Assembly (NCBI RefSeq): GCF_000372725.1
Contig: NW_005201851.1
Coordinates: 29,683-93,682 of the forward strand
Length of the DNA: 64,000 nt
DNA from: Emiliania huxleyi CCMP1516
Taxonomy: Eukaryota
Direction: 5' to 3'
Positions 45,453 through 58,423 of the stretch are shown here, piece after piece (the first letter of the stretch is position 1; each line of letters begins with the position of its first letter). The notes under the pieces are model-generated. The model did not search any database. It saw only the letters and a program-made list of their open reading frames with translations, and was not told the origin of the DNA. Position numbers and translations under genes: made by a program.

Positions 45453-46925
45453 GGAAAACAAGAAATTCGACGCCGGGAGTCGGCTGCGGTCGAGTCAGAG
45501 AGAGGCCGAGAGCCAAGTGGGAGAGCTGGCTCACGGCGAAGTGTCTGCAGCGGCCCACGTAGCATCCTCGAGGCTCCGTCTCTGGGCGCCAGCGAACGCG
45601 AGCAGTTGCAGCCGCCGCTGCGACCGGCGTGTGCTGGCCCTGACGAGCGGTCTTCGCCGCGGCTCAGTGTCGACCCACACACTCTCTGGCACGGCGAGGC
45701 GCACAGCGGACTGCTCGCCGCCGCACTCAGGCGGCCGACGGCCCTCCACCCCCCTCTCGCCCGACCCTCACACCGTCCGACGCCCGCCACAGGCGCCACT
45801 GCTCAATAAGCCGCCGCCGCTCTCCCCGTCGCGCTCGCCTTCAGGGAGGAGATTCGACGCCAAGCTCGAGGCACTGCGGCGGGGCGTGCTGCTCTCCGCG
45901 CTCGCGCTTTGACTACGGCGCGGAGCGACCGGTTTCGCCGACGAATGCGTCACACACACATACACATGGACGATCACCCGTCTGTCGGTGCTAGTCTCTG
46001 TCGGTGTCGCGTTTCGTAAAATGAGCCGGGAAGAGCTTTTGACGACGGAGTCTGTGAGCTCTGTGTAGTCCGGCCCAATCGTCTTGTCTTGCGAGCGAGC
46101 GGACCCACACAGAGACATGAATGGCAATCACACGGAATCTCACACACGTGTGGCTGTCAGCTGTCACGTGTCACGAGCCCGAACTCGCTCTGCCTCTGTG
46201 TGTCCTCTCGAGCGCACATCAACGTGTGCGGACGGGCAGCCCCGGCTTTTGCAGTCCCGAGTCAGCACACTCAGGCAGAGCGACTGTGTACGACGGGGGC
46301 GCAGCACAGCGGCGGCCGCCCCACTCGAGAGAGGCACGACCGCCGCTGTGCTGCCCGGCGCGTGCCAACGGAGTGGGCGGCGGGCGGCGGCGCGGCACGC
46401 AGGGGCAGCTCATGTGTGTGTGGGTGTGTGGGTGGTGCGTGTGGGTCTAACCTCGGGTGATCTCGCGCAGGACTCGTCCCGAGCTTCGCGCGCCTCATCT
46501 CGGTGATCTCGGCTGATCTCGGCTGATCTCGCGCATGGGGACTGATCTCGGGTAATCTCGGGTAATCTCGGCTCATCGAGCTCGGGTAATCTCGGCTATC
46601 ACGATCTCGGGTAATCTCAGCTCATCACAGTCTCGGGTAATCTCGCGTCATCTCGGCTCATCGCGATCTCGGGGATCTCGGCAGATCTCGGCGCGTACAA
46701 GACACTGACCGCACTGCTCGCGCCGTCTCTCGGCGCCATCTCTCACCCCGCTCGCGGACACGCCGTTGGCTGTTGATCTCGATGCATCAAGACGATCTCG
46801 AGCAATCTCGGCGAACCTCGGCGAACATCGACAGGTCTCGGCTAATCTCGCTCCACGGACGAGGCGACTACTGATTAATTAACTAATTCGAGGGGCTATC
46901 AGCCAATCGATGAATCCATATCTCT

Positions 46926-47470
46926 GTGAGCGGGAGAGAGGGGAGGGGAGAGGAGAGAGGGGAGGAGGAGGAGAGGCGAGGAGAAGCGAGGCGAGGCGAG
47001 GAGAGGCGAGGAGAGGAGAAGAGAGGCGAGGCGAGGAGAGGAGAAGCGAGGAGAGGAGAGGCGAGGAGAGGAGAAGAGAGGAGAGGCGAGGCGAGGAGAG
47101 GAGAGGCGAGGAGGAGGAGAGGAGAGGAGAGGCGAGGCGAGGAGAGGAGAGGAGAAGAGAGGCGAGGCGAGGAGAGGAGAGGCGAGGCGAGGCGAGGAGA
47201 GGAGAGGAGAAGAGAGGCGAGGCGAGGAGAGGAGAAGAGAGGCGAGGCGAGGAGAGGAGAGGCGAGGCGAGGAGAGGAGAGGCGAGGAGAGGCGAGGCGA
47301 GGAGAAGCGAGGAGAGGCGAGGAGAGGAGAGGAGAGGCGAGGCGAGGAGAGGAGAAGCGAGGCGAGGAGAGGCGAGGAGAGGAGAGGAGAGGAGAGGCGA
47401 GGAGAGGCGAGGAGAGGAGAAGAGAGGCGAGGCGAGGAGAGGAGAAGAGAGGCGAGGCGAGGAGAGGAGA
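46926..47470. repeat. Purine-rich pentamer satellite (GAGAG/GCGAG/AGAAG)n
   Basis: Directly visible; preceded by degenerate ATCTCGG repeats at 46450-46850. Confidence 0.95.
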
Positions 47471-47473
47471 ATC

Positions 47474-50400
47474 CTAGCGACCTCGAGCAATCTCGAGTAA
47501 TCTCGGGGGTTCTCGAGTCATCTCGGGCGATCTCGGGTACTCTCGGGTACTCTGGGGTACTCTGGGGTACTCTGGGGGGACTCTCAGTGAGCACACCTTC
47601 GCGTCGGGCACGCGGCGAGGGATGGGGCGCGAGGCTGCGGGCTCGAGCGATGCGGCTGCGACGACGACGCACGAGCCGCTGTCGAGATGCACCTGTTCAC
47701 AGCTGCAGGTGTGAAGAGACGCCGTTCACACTCACAGAGCCGCTGCCGGCCTCCGCAACGCCTTGAAGCTGCCGTCGGCCGCGCCGTCCTCAGCGGCCAC
47801 GCCCAGCGCGCCCCCCCAGACCGGGTGCGCGTCTGTGGCGACGCGCACGCGCATTCCGCCGAGGAGGGCGTCGCCACCCACCACGTCGGCGGCAAAGGGC
47901 TGGCAGACGCCCCAGCGAGGAGGACCGGAGGAGGTCGCGCCATCCCCGGCGGCGGCGGCGGGTGGGGCAGCCGCCGCTGCGGCCGACGAGCCTCCTCCTC
48001 CTCCACCACCTCCTCCTCCGCCCCCGCCCCCCCTCCTGCCGCCGATGCCGCCGCCGCCGCCGCCGATGCCGCCGCCGCCCCTCCCTCCTGGCTGGGGCTG
48101 GGACCCGCCGGCCGAAGAGGCGGGGGAGTCGGGCTCGCGGGCTAGCGCCAGGGCGTCGGGGTGCTGGTGCCTAGGGAACAAAGAAAGGCGGTCCGGCACG
48201 GCTTCCTTTTAGGCGCCGCCACGCGAGTCGGGGTGGTGGTGCTTGCGCAGCACGTCCGTCCTCGCCCCGTCGGCAGAGAGGATCTTGGAGCACTGCCCGA
48301 CCCACTCCTGCGCGACGAGATGTGGGGAGATGTGGGGAGGTGTGGGGAGATGTGGGGAGATATGGGGAGATACGGGGAGATATGGGACCCCTCCTGCGCG
48401 ACGAGATATGGGGAGATGTGGGGAGATGTGGGGAGATAGGGGGAGATGTGGGGAGATATGGGGAGATGTGGGGAGGTGTGGGGAGATATGGGGAGATGTG
48501 GGGAGATATGGGGAGATATGGGGAGATGTGGGAAGGTGTGGGGAGATGTGGGGAAATATGGGGAGATGTGGGGAGGTGTGGGGAGATATGGGGAGATGTG
48601 GGGAGTCTGCTGCGGAGATATGGGGAGATGTGGGGAGGTGTGGGGAGATGTGGGGAGGTGTGGGGAGAGATGGGGAGATGTGGGGAGTCTGCTGCGGAGA
48701 TATGGGACCCCGCTCCTGCGTGACGAGCCGCGGCCACTTGTCCTTCGGCAGGGTGGCCAGGAAGACCAGATCCTTAGCGCGGCGGGGCGACTCGAGTGAA
48801 ACGTGCGTCGCCTAATCAGTTGATTAACCCATCTCCAGGTACTCGGTCAACGGCGGCGGGTCGACTCGAGTGCAGCGTGCGATCGCCTCGTGCACTCCGC
48901 CCACCACCGCCCCGCCGCCGCGCCGCACCACCTCCTCCTGCACCTGCTTGCGCAGCCGCGTCGCCACGAGGAGCCGCACGCCGCGGAAGATGGTCTGCCT
49001 CGTGCGCGGCTCCTCAGAGCACCACTCCGCCTCCTCCGCCTCCGCCTCCGCCTCCGCCTCCGCCCCCCCCACCCCCGCCTCCGCCCCCCCCACCCCCGCC
49101 TCCGCCCCCGCCCCCGTCCGCTCCCCCGCCCGCGGCTGCGCCCGCCTCTCCGCCCGCCCCGCTGCCGCGGCCGAGTGCGCGGCGGGCGGAGGCGCGGCGA
49201 TGGCGCAGAGCCCTCCCTGCCCCGGCCCACACGCGCGCTCAAAGGCGGCCACATTGCCCGCATCCGACCCCTTCGGCTCGAGGATGGCAAAGGCAACCTG
49301 CGCGAACGCGCCGCGGAACTCGCCCGAGGCGAGCGCCGCGGCGAAGAGGGGCGCCACCTTGTGTCACGGCTGGAGGTGAAAAGAGAGATCGCTCACACAC
49401 CGCGCACCGCGGCGAAGGGGGGGAGGGGGCGAGGTGTCAGGGAGAGAGTCTAAGGGGTGGCCTACCCGATGGCGGTCCGCCCTCCACCCACCTCCCCGCG
49501 CGGAGCCGCTCCGGGGCGACCCGAGCGCCCTGCGACCAACCCGCGTCCCTACGATCTTTCAACAGCAGAGAGCAGGGCGGCGCCACCTTGTCGGGCGGGT
49601 TGCCAAACGCGCCGCAACCAAAGGCGCCGAGCACGAGGCCATCGCACCTACGTTAGTTGATTACAATCTGAATTGAGACTGCCCCTCAGTTCCTCTCCGA
49701 GCTCGAGGCCGTCGCACCTATTAATGAATCACAATGTTGATTAATCCTGTCCATCAGTTCATCTCCGAGCTCGAGGCCGTCCGCTCCTCTGCTCTCTCGC
49801 CGCGTGCAGCACGGCCCGCAGCCGCGCGCGCACCGTCGCCTCCCACGCCTCCGAGCCCGCGACCAGACTCGAGCGGCCTCGCCCGCCGCGGAGGTTTGGC
49901 ATCGCCGCAGAGACGACGTCGACGAGGAGGGGCGGGTGCCTGCGCGGGAGAGGTGGGGAGGGGTGGGGAGGGGTGGGGAGGGGTGGGGAGGGGTGGGGAG
50001 GGGTGGGGAGGTGTGGGGAGGTGTGGGGAGGTGTGGGGAGGTGTGGGGAGGTGTGGGGAGAGGTGGGGAGAGGTGGGGAGAGGTGGGGAGAGGTGGGGAG
50101 AGGTAGGCAGAGGTGGGGAGAGGTGGGGAGAGATGGGGAGAGATGGGGAGAGATGGGGAGAGGGGGGGAGAGATGGGGTGATGTGGGGAGATGTGGGGAG
50201 GGAGGGGTGGGGGCCGCCTGCGCGGTGCATACGCCGGCATCGGGGCGGGAGGACGGTCTTGTGCAGAGTCTCCACAGTACCGCGTGAGCACGAGGGCTGC
50301 AAATACAGTGAATACCGCTGAGAGGTGGGGAGCGGGCACAGCAGAGGGCGTGTCCTCAAGAGCGCGGGCTGGACTACAAGACTACGTACACTGCTTGCTT

Positions 50401-53400
50401 CTAGATCGGGTGCTCGAGAGCGTACGATCCGGCAGAGCGGCAGAGCAACGTCTGCGTGTAGAAGGCGACACGCTCCCCCATCGGGTAGCGCAGCCGCAGC
50501 AGCGACGGGTGCAGCCGCGGCATCAGCCGGCACAAGTCCTCCTCCTACGAACTAGCGGTGAACGAACGGATCAACAATGAACAAGTAGGTTCGGTACCGG
50601 CACAGGTCCTCCTCCTGCGCGCGCGCGCCCGTCAGGTAGCCTCCGCCGGCGTGGTGCGCCTATGAGACCGCGCGACTCGCCACTCCCACTCCCTCTCTCA
50701 CGAGCCAGCCTCCCTCCGCCCCTTTGTGCACGTTCGCAAAGTTGAGCGCGGCGACGCGCCCCGAGCCGACCCGCGCAGTCATCAGCCGCAGCGCCGTCGC
50801 CGTGTCCACGCGAGCCACGCACACTCTCGTCGAGCCGTGCCGCGGCGGGAGCGGCCGCCTGTTCACAGCTCGAGGTGTGAACAGCGCCTCCTCACGGGCC
50901 GTCGCATCATGCGGCGGCGGCAAGTCCGCCCTGCGCTTGCGGGCGCGGCGATCGCGCGGTTGACGGCGCCTCGCGGCAGCGCCAAGCTGTGCTCCTGGCC
51001 GGCGGCGTCGGTGTACCGCCCCGCCTCGACGAGCCGGCCTGTTCACAGCCTTCTTTTCCTCGGGGGGGGCGTCGCGTGTTTTTTTCCCCAACCGCCTCGA
51101 CGAGCCGGCCGTTCTCGGCGGCGATTCGAGCGAGCTGCGCCTTGTCCCGCAACCGTCAACAGACAAGTAACTATTGGCTAAATGCCCTGTTAACCCTCCA
51201 TGAGGAACCCTCCTCAACACTCGTAGCTGCGTCAGCTACTCAGCCACTAACTCTCGCTGCGCCTTGTCCCGCACAGAAGCGCCGCGGACTGCCGCCTCCT
51301 CCAGCTCGCGCCGCAGCACGCCGTCCCACACGAAAGCATGCGCCGCCCTCGCCGACGAAGCCTCGCCCCCGCCACAACCCCCGCCGCAGCCCCCGCCGCA
51401 GCCCCCGCCGCCGCCCCCGCCGTCACCCCTGCCGCCACCGCCACCACCGCCGCCGTCGTTAGAGGAGGAGGCGCCGGCGCCGCCGAGGTAGCAGGCCACC
51501 AAAGCACCGCCGCTGCGGCTCTGAGACGGCGGGGAAGCGAAGCCCTAAGAAAACGAAACACAAGAGACTGCTGTGAAGAGGGTCTCCGTGGTGCGCTGGG
51601 GAGCAGGCGCCGTGTCGCGCCTATGAATGAGAAAAGAAACATGCCTGCCAAAGAGTCAAAATGGTGCGCTGGGGAGCAGGCGCCGTGTCGCGCCTCCGGG
51701 CCGCCGCCGCCGCCGCCGGCCGTAAGGCACGCGACTAAGGCCCTGGCCGCCGCCGACGGTGCCTCCGAGGCAACAGCCGCCGCGGCAGCACCCTCCGCCT
51801 CCGCCGCTTCCTCCGCCGCTTCCTTCGCCGCAGCCGCCAAACGGCTGCCTCCTCCGCTGCTGCCACCTAGCTGCGGCTGCGGCTGTTGCGGCTGCTGCTG
51901 CTGCTGCTGCTGCTGCTGCAGCGGCTGCTGCTGCAGTGGTTGCTGCGGCGGCGGCGGCGGCGGCTGCTGCTGCTCTGCCCCGGCCGCCGGCTCGAACCGG
52001 TACACGAGCAGCCCGCAAGAGTGCTCCCGGCCTCTGCTCTCCGCCTACGCACTCGCTCGATCAATGAGAGCGATGGACCGAGCAGCGAGATGCACCCCGC
52101 CCGCTCCTCACCGCCGCCGCCCCCCCCTCCTCCAACCGCCACCACTCGCCTCCTCCTTCCTCGGCGTCCGCGTCCGCGGCGGCGCGCCCCTGCTGCAGCA
52201 GCCGGCGGGCGAGCAGCTTGACGAACCGACTTTTGGGCGGATGGATGCCTGATGAAGTGTGTAATGGTCAGCAGACTGTCAACGGCGGCGGGTTGGCTTG
52301 GGCGGGCGGATGCCTGATGAAGTGTGTAATGGTCCTTAGACTGTCAACGGCGGCGGGTTGGCTTGGGCGGGCGGACGCCGATGCGGGGCCTGGCGCCACC
52401 GGAGCACCGCTGCACCGCGTCGCCCTTCCGCCACGGAGGCGCCACCGCCCTCGCCGCCGGCCACCTGGTTCATAGATGCGAACGCTTCAGTCCGTCGAGT
52501 TCACCTCACTCGGGGCCACAGCCCTCGCCGCCGCCCCACCACTCCATCAGGTCGACCTCCTGCGGCTCGCCTGTTCACACCCCAGAGCTGTGAAGAGAGG
52601 CTCCCGCTCACCACTCGATCACGCCCACCCGGCACACCCGGCCGCGTGCGCGCTAAAGAGCGTCCTCCGCCGCTCGCCTCGGCGAGCCCCTCCCATGCCT
52701 CCGCCGCGAAGGCGCGAAGTGTCTTTGCGCCGCTGCTGTTGCACATGCCGACGCCCAAGTCCACACACCCCTCCAGCGAGGCGGGCGGCACGCACAGGCC
52801 CGTCTCCTAAGACACGAAACACTCGGACGCGTGCAAGAAGGCGCGGATCTCAGGGTACGGCACACCGACTCCCCGTCTCCTCGGCAAACTCGCGTACAGC
52901 CGCCGCCAGCTCGCTGCCGTCGCTCGCCTGCTGGCCGAGATTGGCCGAGATCAGCGCCCAGATTGGCCGAGATTGGCCAGCTCGCCGCGCCCCCCTCGCA
53001 TGGATGTGCCCTTCGGCAAATCTCGGCAACTCTCGGCAACTCTCGGCTGCCTCTCGGCGCATCTCGGCGCCTCTCGGCGCCTCTCGGCTCATCTCGGCCT
53101 CCTCTCGGCTCATCTCGGCGCAACTCGGCGCATCTCGGCGCATCTCGGCGCAACTCGGCGCATCTCGGCGCATCTCGGCGCATCTCGGCCTCCTCTCGGC
53201 GCCTCTCGGCTCCTCTCGCCTCGAGGTGTCCCTTGGGGAAGCCCCAGAGCCCGCTCTGTGCACCGTACCAGTCGGCATCTCCCCTCCCCGCCGGCACCGC
53301 TGTGCGCACCACGAGCACTTGCAGCCGCGACAGCGGCGGCGGCAGCCGCTGCGGCGGCGGCGGCGGCTGCGGTGGCGGCGGCTGCAGTGGTGGCGGCGCA

Positions 53401-54053
53401 CGGCTGGCAATCTGCTGTTTGGGCTCGGCCTCCGCCTCTGCGCCTCCCGCCGGCTCGGCAGCGGCCGCAGCGCGACCGCCGTCGGCGGGGAGAGGCACCA
53501 GCCACGCCTATGAATTATTAAGCAAGCCCTTTAAAATGAAGACGCCGCCGTCGGTTGTGGAAGAGGGTCGTCATGCCATCTTCTTGGCGGCGGCGGCGGC
53601 AGAGCCACCTCCGCGCGTCTCCTGGCCGCTGTCGTCGAAGCGGAGAGTCCAACCGCACCACCCGCGGACGTGCTCGTCCGCCAGCGCCGCGCGCGCCTCC
53701 TCCGCGTTCCGCCAGGACGCAAACAGCAGCGGCGCGTCCGCCGCCTCACCGGGAAGAGAAAACGGTGCGTTGCCCTGGTCTGGCTCGACACGGACCGCAA
53801 CGTCGCGCGCTAGTTGGCGGCCGTTGAGGTAGGTCCGATTCGTCGCCGAGAGGTGCGTGACGTAGACGGCGCCGGCCGCGTCTCGCTCGAGCCGGATGTG
53901 CTTCCTCGAGAGATGCGGATTGCACGGCGCAGTGACGTCACCCTCGCGGCCGATGACGACCGTCGGACTGCAGAGCGGGACGGGAGCTCCGCACAGCGGG
54001 TTGTGAGGCACGAGAACTCCCCACCGATCGTGCTCGCGATCGCGCTTCGGCAT
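47474..54053 (-). pseudogene. Second copy of the FHA-NUDIX-PARG-BRCT gene, lacking all ligase exons
   Basis: Near-identical to 36985-43292. Homology ends exactly at the TAG acceptor before the first ligase exon, where the satellite begins. Confidence 0.8.
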
Positions 54054-54769
54054 GAGGTGCACCGGCGAGAGAGGCAAAGCGATCAACCCGCCAAGAAAAA
54101 GAATTGCTCCACGCCGGGCCACGAGGAGAAGAAGGTGGTTCCGGGCCAGCGAGATTGCTAGAGGTGGAGCAAGGCTGCTCTAGCCTCGCATCTTACTTCC
54201 TGCCCAGTCACTCTGTTGTTTGTTGTGCCTTTGTTTGTTTCTCTTGCGGACTCGGGCCCGGTGCTTCGACGCAGCACAGTGAGGGCCCAACTTCAGAATC
54301 GTGCTTTTTTGGGTTAGGGACGAGCGCGAAGGACCGATTGCGGTGAAGGACCGCAGGTTAGGGACCGATCGCCGCCGCTCACGCCATGCCGGTCGAAACA
54401 TCTTGCTTTTTCAATTCTAAGAAAGAAAACACACAACCCAAGGGAGGGATGGGAGAACGGCACGCCGCCACCACACAGGGATTTTAAGGAGAGGAGTGTG
54501 ATGCGCTAGCCGTCGCCCACCCTGGGGAGTCTGCCTCTTCGTATCTCTTTTCGCAGTCTCTCGCCGCTTCTCGCTGCAACCTTCATGCCACCTCGCGGCC
54601 GTCCCACTCTCGTCGGTCTCTCCCTTGTCACTTCCTCCTCTGTCGCGTCGTTCTCTTCTGCCTCGTCCTGCGACGCCGCCGCCTGCCGGTCCCTTGTTCT
54701 CGCGGCTTCTTTTTCACTTCTCTTTTGGAAAGGAGTGAATGTCGAATTCTTTTTTTTGCGCGGCCCGCC

Positions 54770-55572
54770 ATGCCGCCGCGCAAGAGCGGTAACAAGTCCC
54801 CCGCGTCCTCTTCGGGCGTCACCACCCGGCGTCGCAGCAAAGCGGCGGCGGACGCAGCGGCTGCGGCTGCCGCCGGTCCCAAGTCGGCACCCGCAGCGCC
54901 TCGTGTCCGCACCAGGGCAGGCCGACAGCCGGCGTCTCCGCCGCCACCGGAAGTCCGCGCTGCTGCCGACGCGCCTGCCGCGGCGGAGGTGCCGGAGGCG
55001 ACGCAGGCGGCCGCTCCGCCGCCCGCCGGCGCGTCCGCCTCCACCGCCGTCAAGCGGCCGTGCCTCCGCCGCTCGCTGCTCGCCCTCCTCGCTGGAGCGC
55101 TGATTTGCGGCTGCCTCGTCGGGTGTGCTGCGGCCGCCGACGGCGGCGCGTCGGCGGCGGTCTCGCCGGGCGCAGCACAGCAGGCGCTGCCGCAGCTGCG
55201 CAGCGCTGCCGCTGCCGTCGCCGTAGCCCTTCGCCGGACGGCCGCCGGTGCACTACCGTTGGATAAAGCAGCGAGGCGAGACGAGAGGCGGGCAGTCTTT
55301 TCACAGCATCGGGGTGTGAAGCAGGCGTGGCGCAGCTGGCGGCGAGGCTGGCCGCGCAGCTCGTCCCGCTCGCCCCCGCCATCGCGCTGGGAGCGGCGGC
55401 GGTAGCCGCGAGAGGCCTTGAGCGGGCGGGCATAGCGGCCAAACCTCGAGGCCAGCCGAGATTTGGCGAGATCAGGCGAGATTGGCCGCGAGAGTAGGCG
55501 GGGTCGCCGCCACAGCTGACATGGACTGCCGGCCTGGCCCTGCTGGCCCTCGCCATGGCCCTGGCCCATCGG

Positions 55573-55619
<47 letters not shown>

Positions 55620-57826
55620 AGGAGTTTTAGAGATGCGGCAATCCTTGCAGTGCCGACTACTCAACAGCATTCCGCTGTCTTCCGTGTTCGCTGTGCTCGG
55701 CGGCCTGACTACGCGGCACTATCTCCCCACATCTCCCACAGATCTCCCCATATCTCCCCATATCTCGTGCTCTGCCGCCTCCGTACCCCCACACCCCGAC
55801 GCTGGTGTAATCACACCGCAGGGCCAGGAGGGGCGGCGGTGGTGCCTCCTCTCGACGGCGCGTTGGTTGGCAGACTACTTGGAGAAGGGTCGGCGTCGGC
55901 GGCCGCCGTCAGAAGCCTAGAAGCGAAACACGCGTTCTTGTCTTCCAGCCAGCGCTCGAGAAGACACGCACTCCGCTGCGTTCAGCTGTATGCACCGTAT
56001 TCGTATGCACTGTATCCGCTGTACTTCGCTGTACTCCGCTGTATCTGCAGCCCTCGTGTCCACGCGGTGCCCTGAGAGCTCTGCGCGAGACCGTGTTCAC
56101 ACCCCAAATGAATTCAGCACGTGCGCATCCACGCGTAGGTGCGGGACTGGGCGGATGCCTGGCGCGCTGGCGCCGCCGACCCTCGCAGCTTCGCGGCCTC
56201 CAGGCTGATTCTGCTCTCCGACCCGCTACTGCGGACTCGGTGAACGGCGTCTCTTCACACCTCTCTGCTGTGAATAGACTGGTTCTGCTCTCCGACCCGC
56301 AAGGCGGCGGTGCGGCTGTGCGGCTGCTGCCATGTCCAGGACACGCCCATGACATGTCCGAGACATGTCCTGCAGGCGGCGCGGCGGCGCAGCTCCTTCG
56401 CTCCCTCCGGAGCCTCGCCTCGAGAGGAAGTGCGCGCGAGGCCACGGCGAGATATGGGGAGATATCGGGAGATATGGGGAGATATGGGAGATATGGGAGA
56501 TATGGGAGGTGTGCGCGAGGCCACGGCGAGATATGGGGAGATATGGGGAGATATGGGAGGTGCGCGCGAGGCCACGGCGAGTGCGCCGAAGGGAAGAAGT
56601 GCGGGCGGCACCGCGATTTCTTTTTGTAGGCGTGCTCGAGATGACCGTCGAGGATTGCACCGCCGCCGCCGCCGCCGCCGACGCCGCCGCCGGCGACGGT
56701 GGCCCTTGCCAGCAGAGGCTGGAGAGGCACTTGGCGGCGGCGACGGCGGCCCGCGCTCCCTCGCTGGTGTTGCTGCGCGGTGCGGAGCGGTGCGACAGTG
56801 ACAGTTGCTTCGACGCGGCGCTGGGGATACTGGAGAGGCGCGAGAATGCGCGAGACTGCCCGAGATTGCCCGAGATCGTTTGGGATACTGGAGACCGAAG
56901 CAAGCGGGTAAGGCCCCGGATCGCTACTGACTGACTCCTTGAATAAAACCAAACCACCAGGTTCGTCGCCCGAGCGAGCGAACACTTAGCCGTTGGTTTG
57001 ACGACATAATCGATGCGGAGAACCAACCACCAGGTTCGTCGACCCGAACGAGCGGCAGCCTGTGCTGACCAAGGAAGGCGCTGTCCGCGCGGCGCTGGCG
57101 GCGATCGTGGTCGAGAGTATTCGAGATTGCCCGAGATTACCCGAGAGTGCCCGAGAGTGCCCGAGAGTGCCCGAGATTACCAGAGAGTGCCCGAGAGTGC
57201 CCGAGAGAGCCCGAGAGAGTGCCCGAGATGGCCGCGGCCCTTTCCTCTCGCCAGCGGAGGTGGCCGCTCCTCCTCTTCACAGTCAACCGCTGTGAACAGG
57301 TCGTCGCGGCGCCGCTCTCCGCCGAACGCTGCGCGTCGCTGCGCCTGATGGCGTCAAGAGAGCTGCGGCTGCAGGCGAGATCGAGAGGCAGCCGAGAGGC
57401 AGCCGAGAAGCAGCCGAGAGGCAGCCGAGAGGCAGCCGAGAGGCAGCCGAGAGGCAGCCGAGCTGGGGTCGAGCTACAGCCGAGATGCAGCAGCCGTCAT
57501 TTGACCGAGGTTTCGCCGAGATGAGGCCGAGCCTCCAGGGCACTCCACCTCCATTCACAGCCATCCATCCACAGATTTGCCCGACGCCCGCACGCTGCCG
57601 CACTTTCTTCCCACAAGAGGGGCCCGATGCACAGGCGGCGGCCGAGCTGGAGGCGATGTGGCCGTCGTCTCGCTTCTCGTACGGCGCGACTCCTCTCTCC
57701 GCCGCGCGAGCAGGACGCTCGGCGCCTTCCACGAACCCTCCCGGAACTTTCCCCACAGGAGTGCGCGTGGCGAAGCGGGCGCTCATCAACAGGTTGGGAG
57801 GCAGCGCGGCGGTGGCGTGCGGGTGA
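54770..57826 (+). CDS. Hypothetical membrane-anchored protein (basic disordered N-terminus, one TM segment, alpha/beta C-terminal domain), multi-exon
   Basis: ATG follows an AATTCTTTTTTTT motif; MPPRKSGNKSP..., TM segment LLALLAGALICGCLVG. Protein-like exons are separated by repeat-filled introns and end at RALINRLGGSAAVACG. Exon chaining is uncertain. Confidence 0.45.
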
Positions 57827-58423
57827 GGGGCTTCCGCGATGTGGGGCCGAGTTCGGAGTTGTTTGGAGGCAGTGCATTGAGTGATCATGATGATCTTCGC
57901 CTGTGTCTATCAAGATCAAACATTGTATTGGGGGGGGGAGGGGGGGGGGGGGGGGTCGTCACCTGACACGCAAAACGAACGATGCCGTAAGGAAAAGAGG
58001 TTGAATACTTGAAAAAGCCTTCGCGCTTCGGCCCGCACGACGATCGCACCTCTGACCTCACTGACCGGCCGACGGCGACGACGCGTGTATAAAGTTGAAA
58101 TTTTCATCGCGATCCGAGATCCCTGTCGCCGTCGGCGGCCGCCGACGGCCTCTGGCTCCCTCTCAGCATGTGCATGTGCATGTGCCGCTTGAGGAGCTTG
58201 TAGTTGTACTTGAAAGCCCGGCGCTCTCGCCGCGCGATGACTGCATTGCCATTGGCGACCGTTCCCCCATATCCCGCATCCGCCCTGGCAGCGCGGCCAG
58301 CGCCCCAACACCGCCCGCAACAGAATTATAAAATATCTTGGTCATAGGGTGGGCAGCAGGGCACTAGCGGCGCACGTCGCACGTCGCGCTGGCACACATA
58401 CGGCGTGACTAACACCCGTCACT

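Noticed and set aside
45470..45912. Protein-like fragment ending FDAKLEALRRGVLLSALAL
   Set aside because: No start codon or recognisable domain; at most an orphan 3' gene remnant.
46879..47672. ORFs made of LLSSPR or EERRG repeats
   Set aside because: These are translations of a pentamer satellite.
48171..50339. ORFs rich in PHISPHL or GEMWGD
   Set aside because: These are translations of intronic 10-bp repeats whose length varies between the duplicates.
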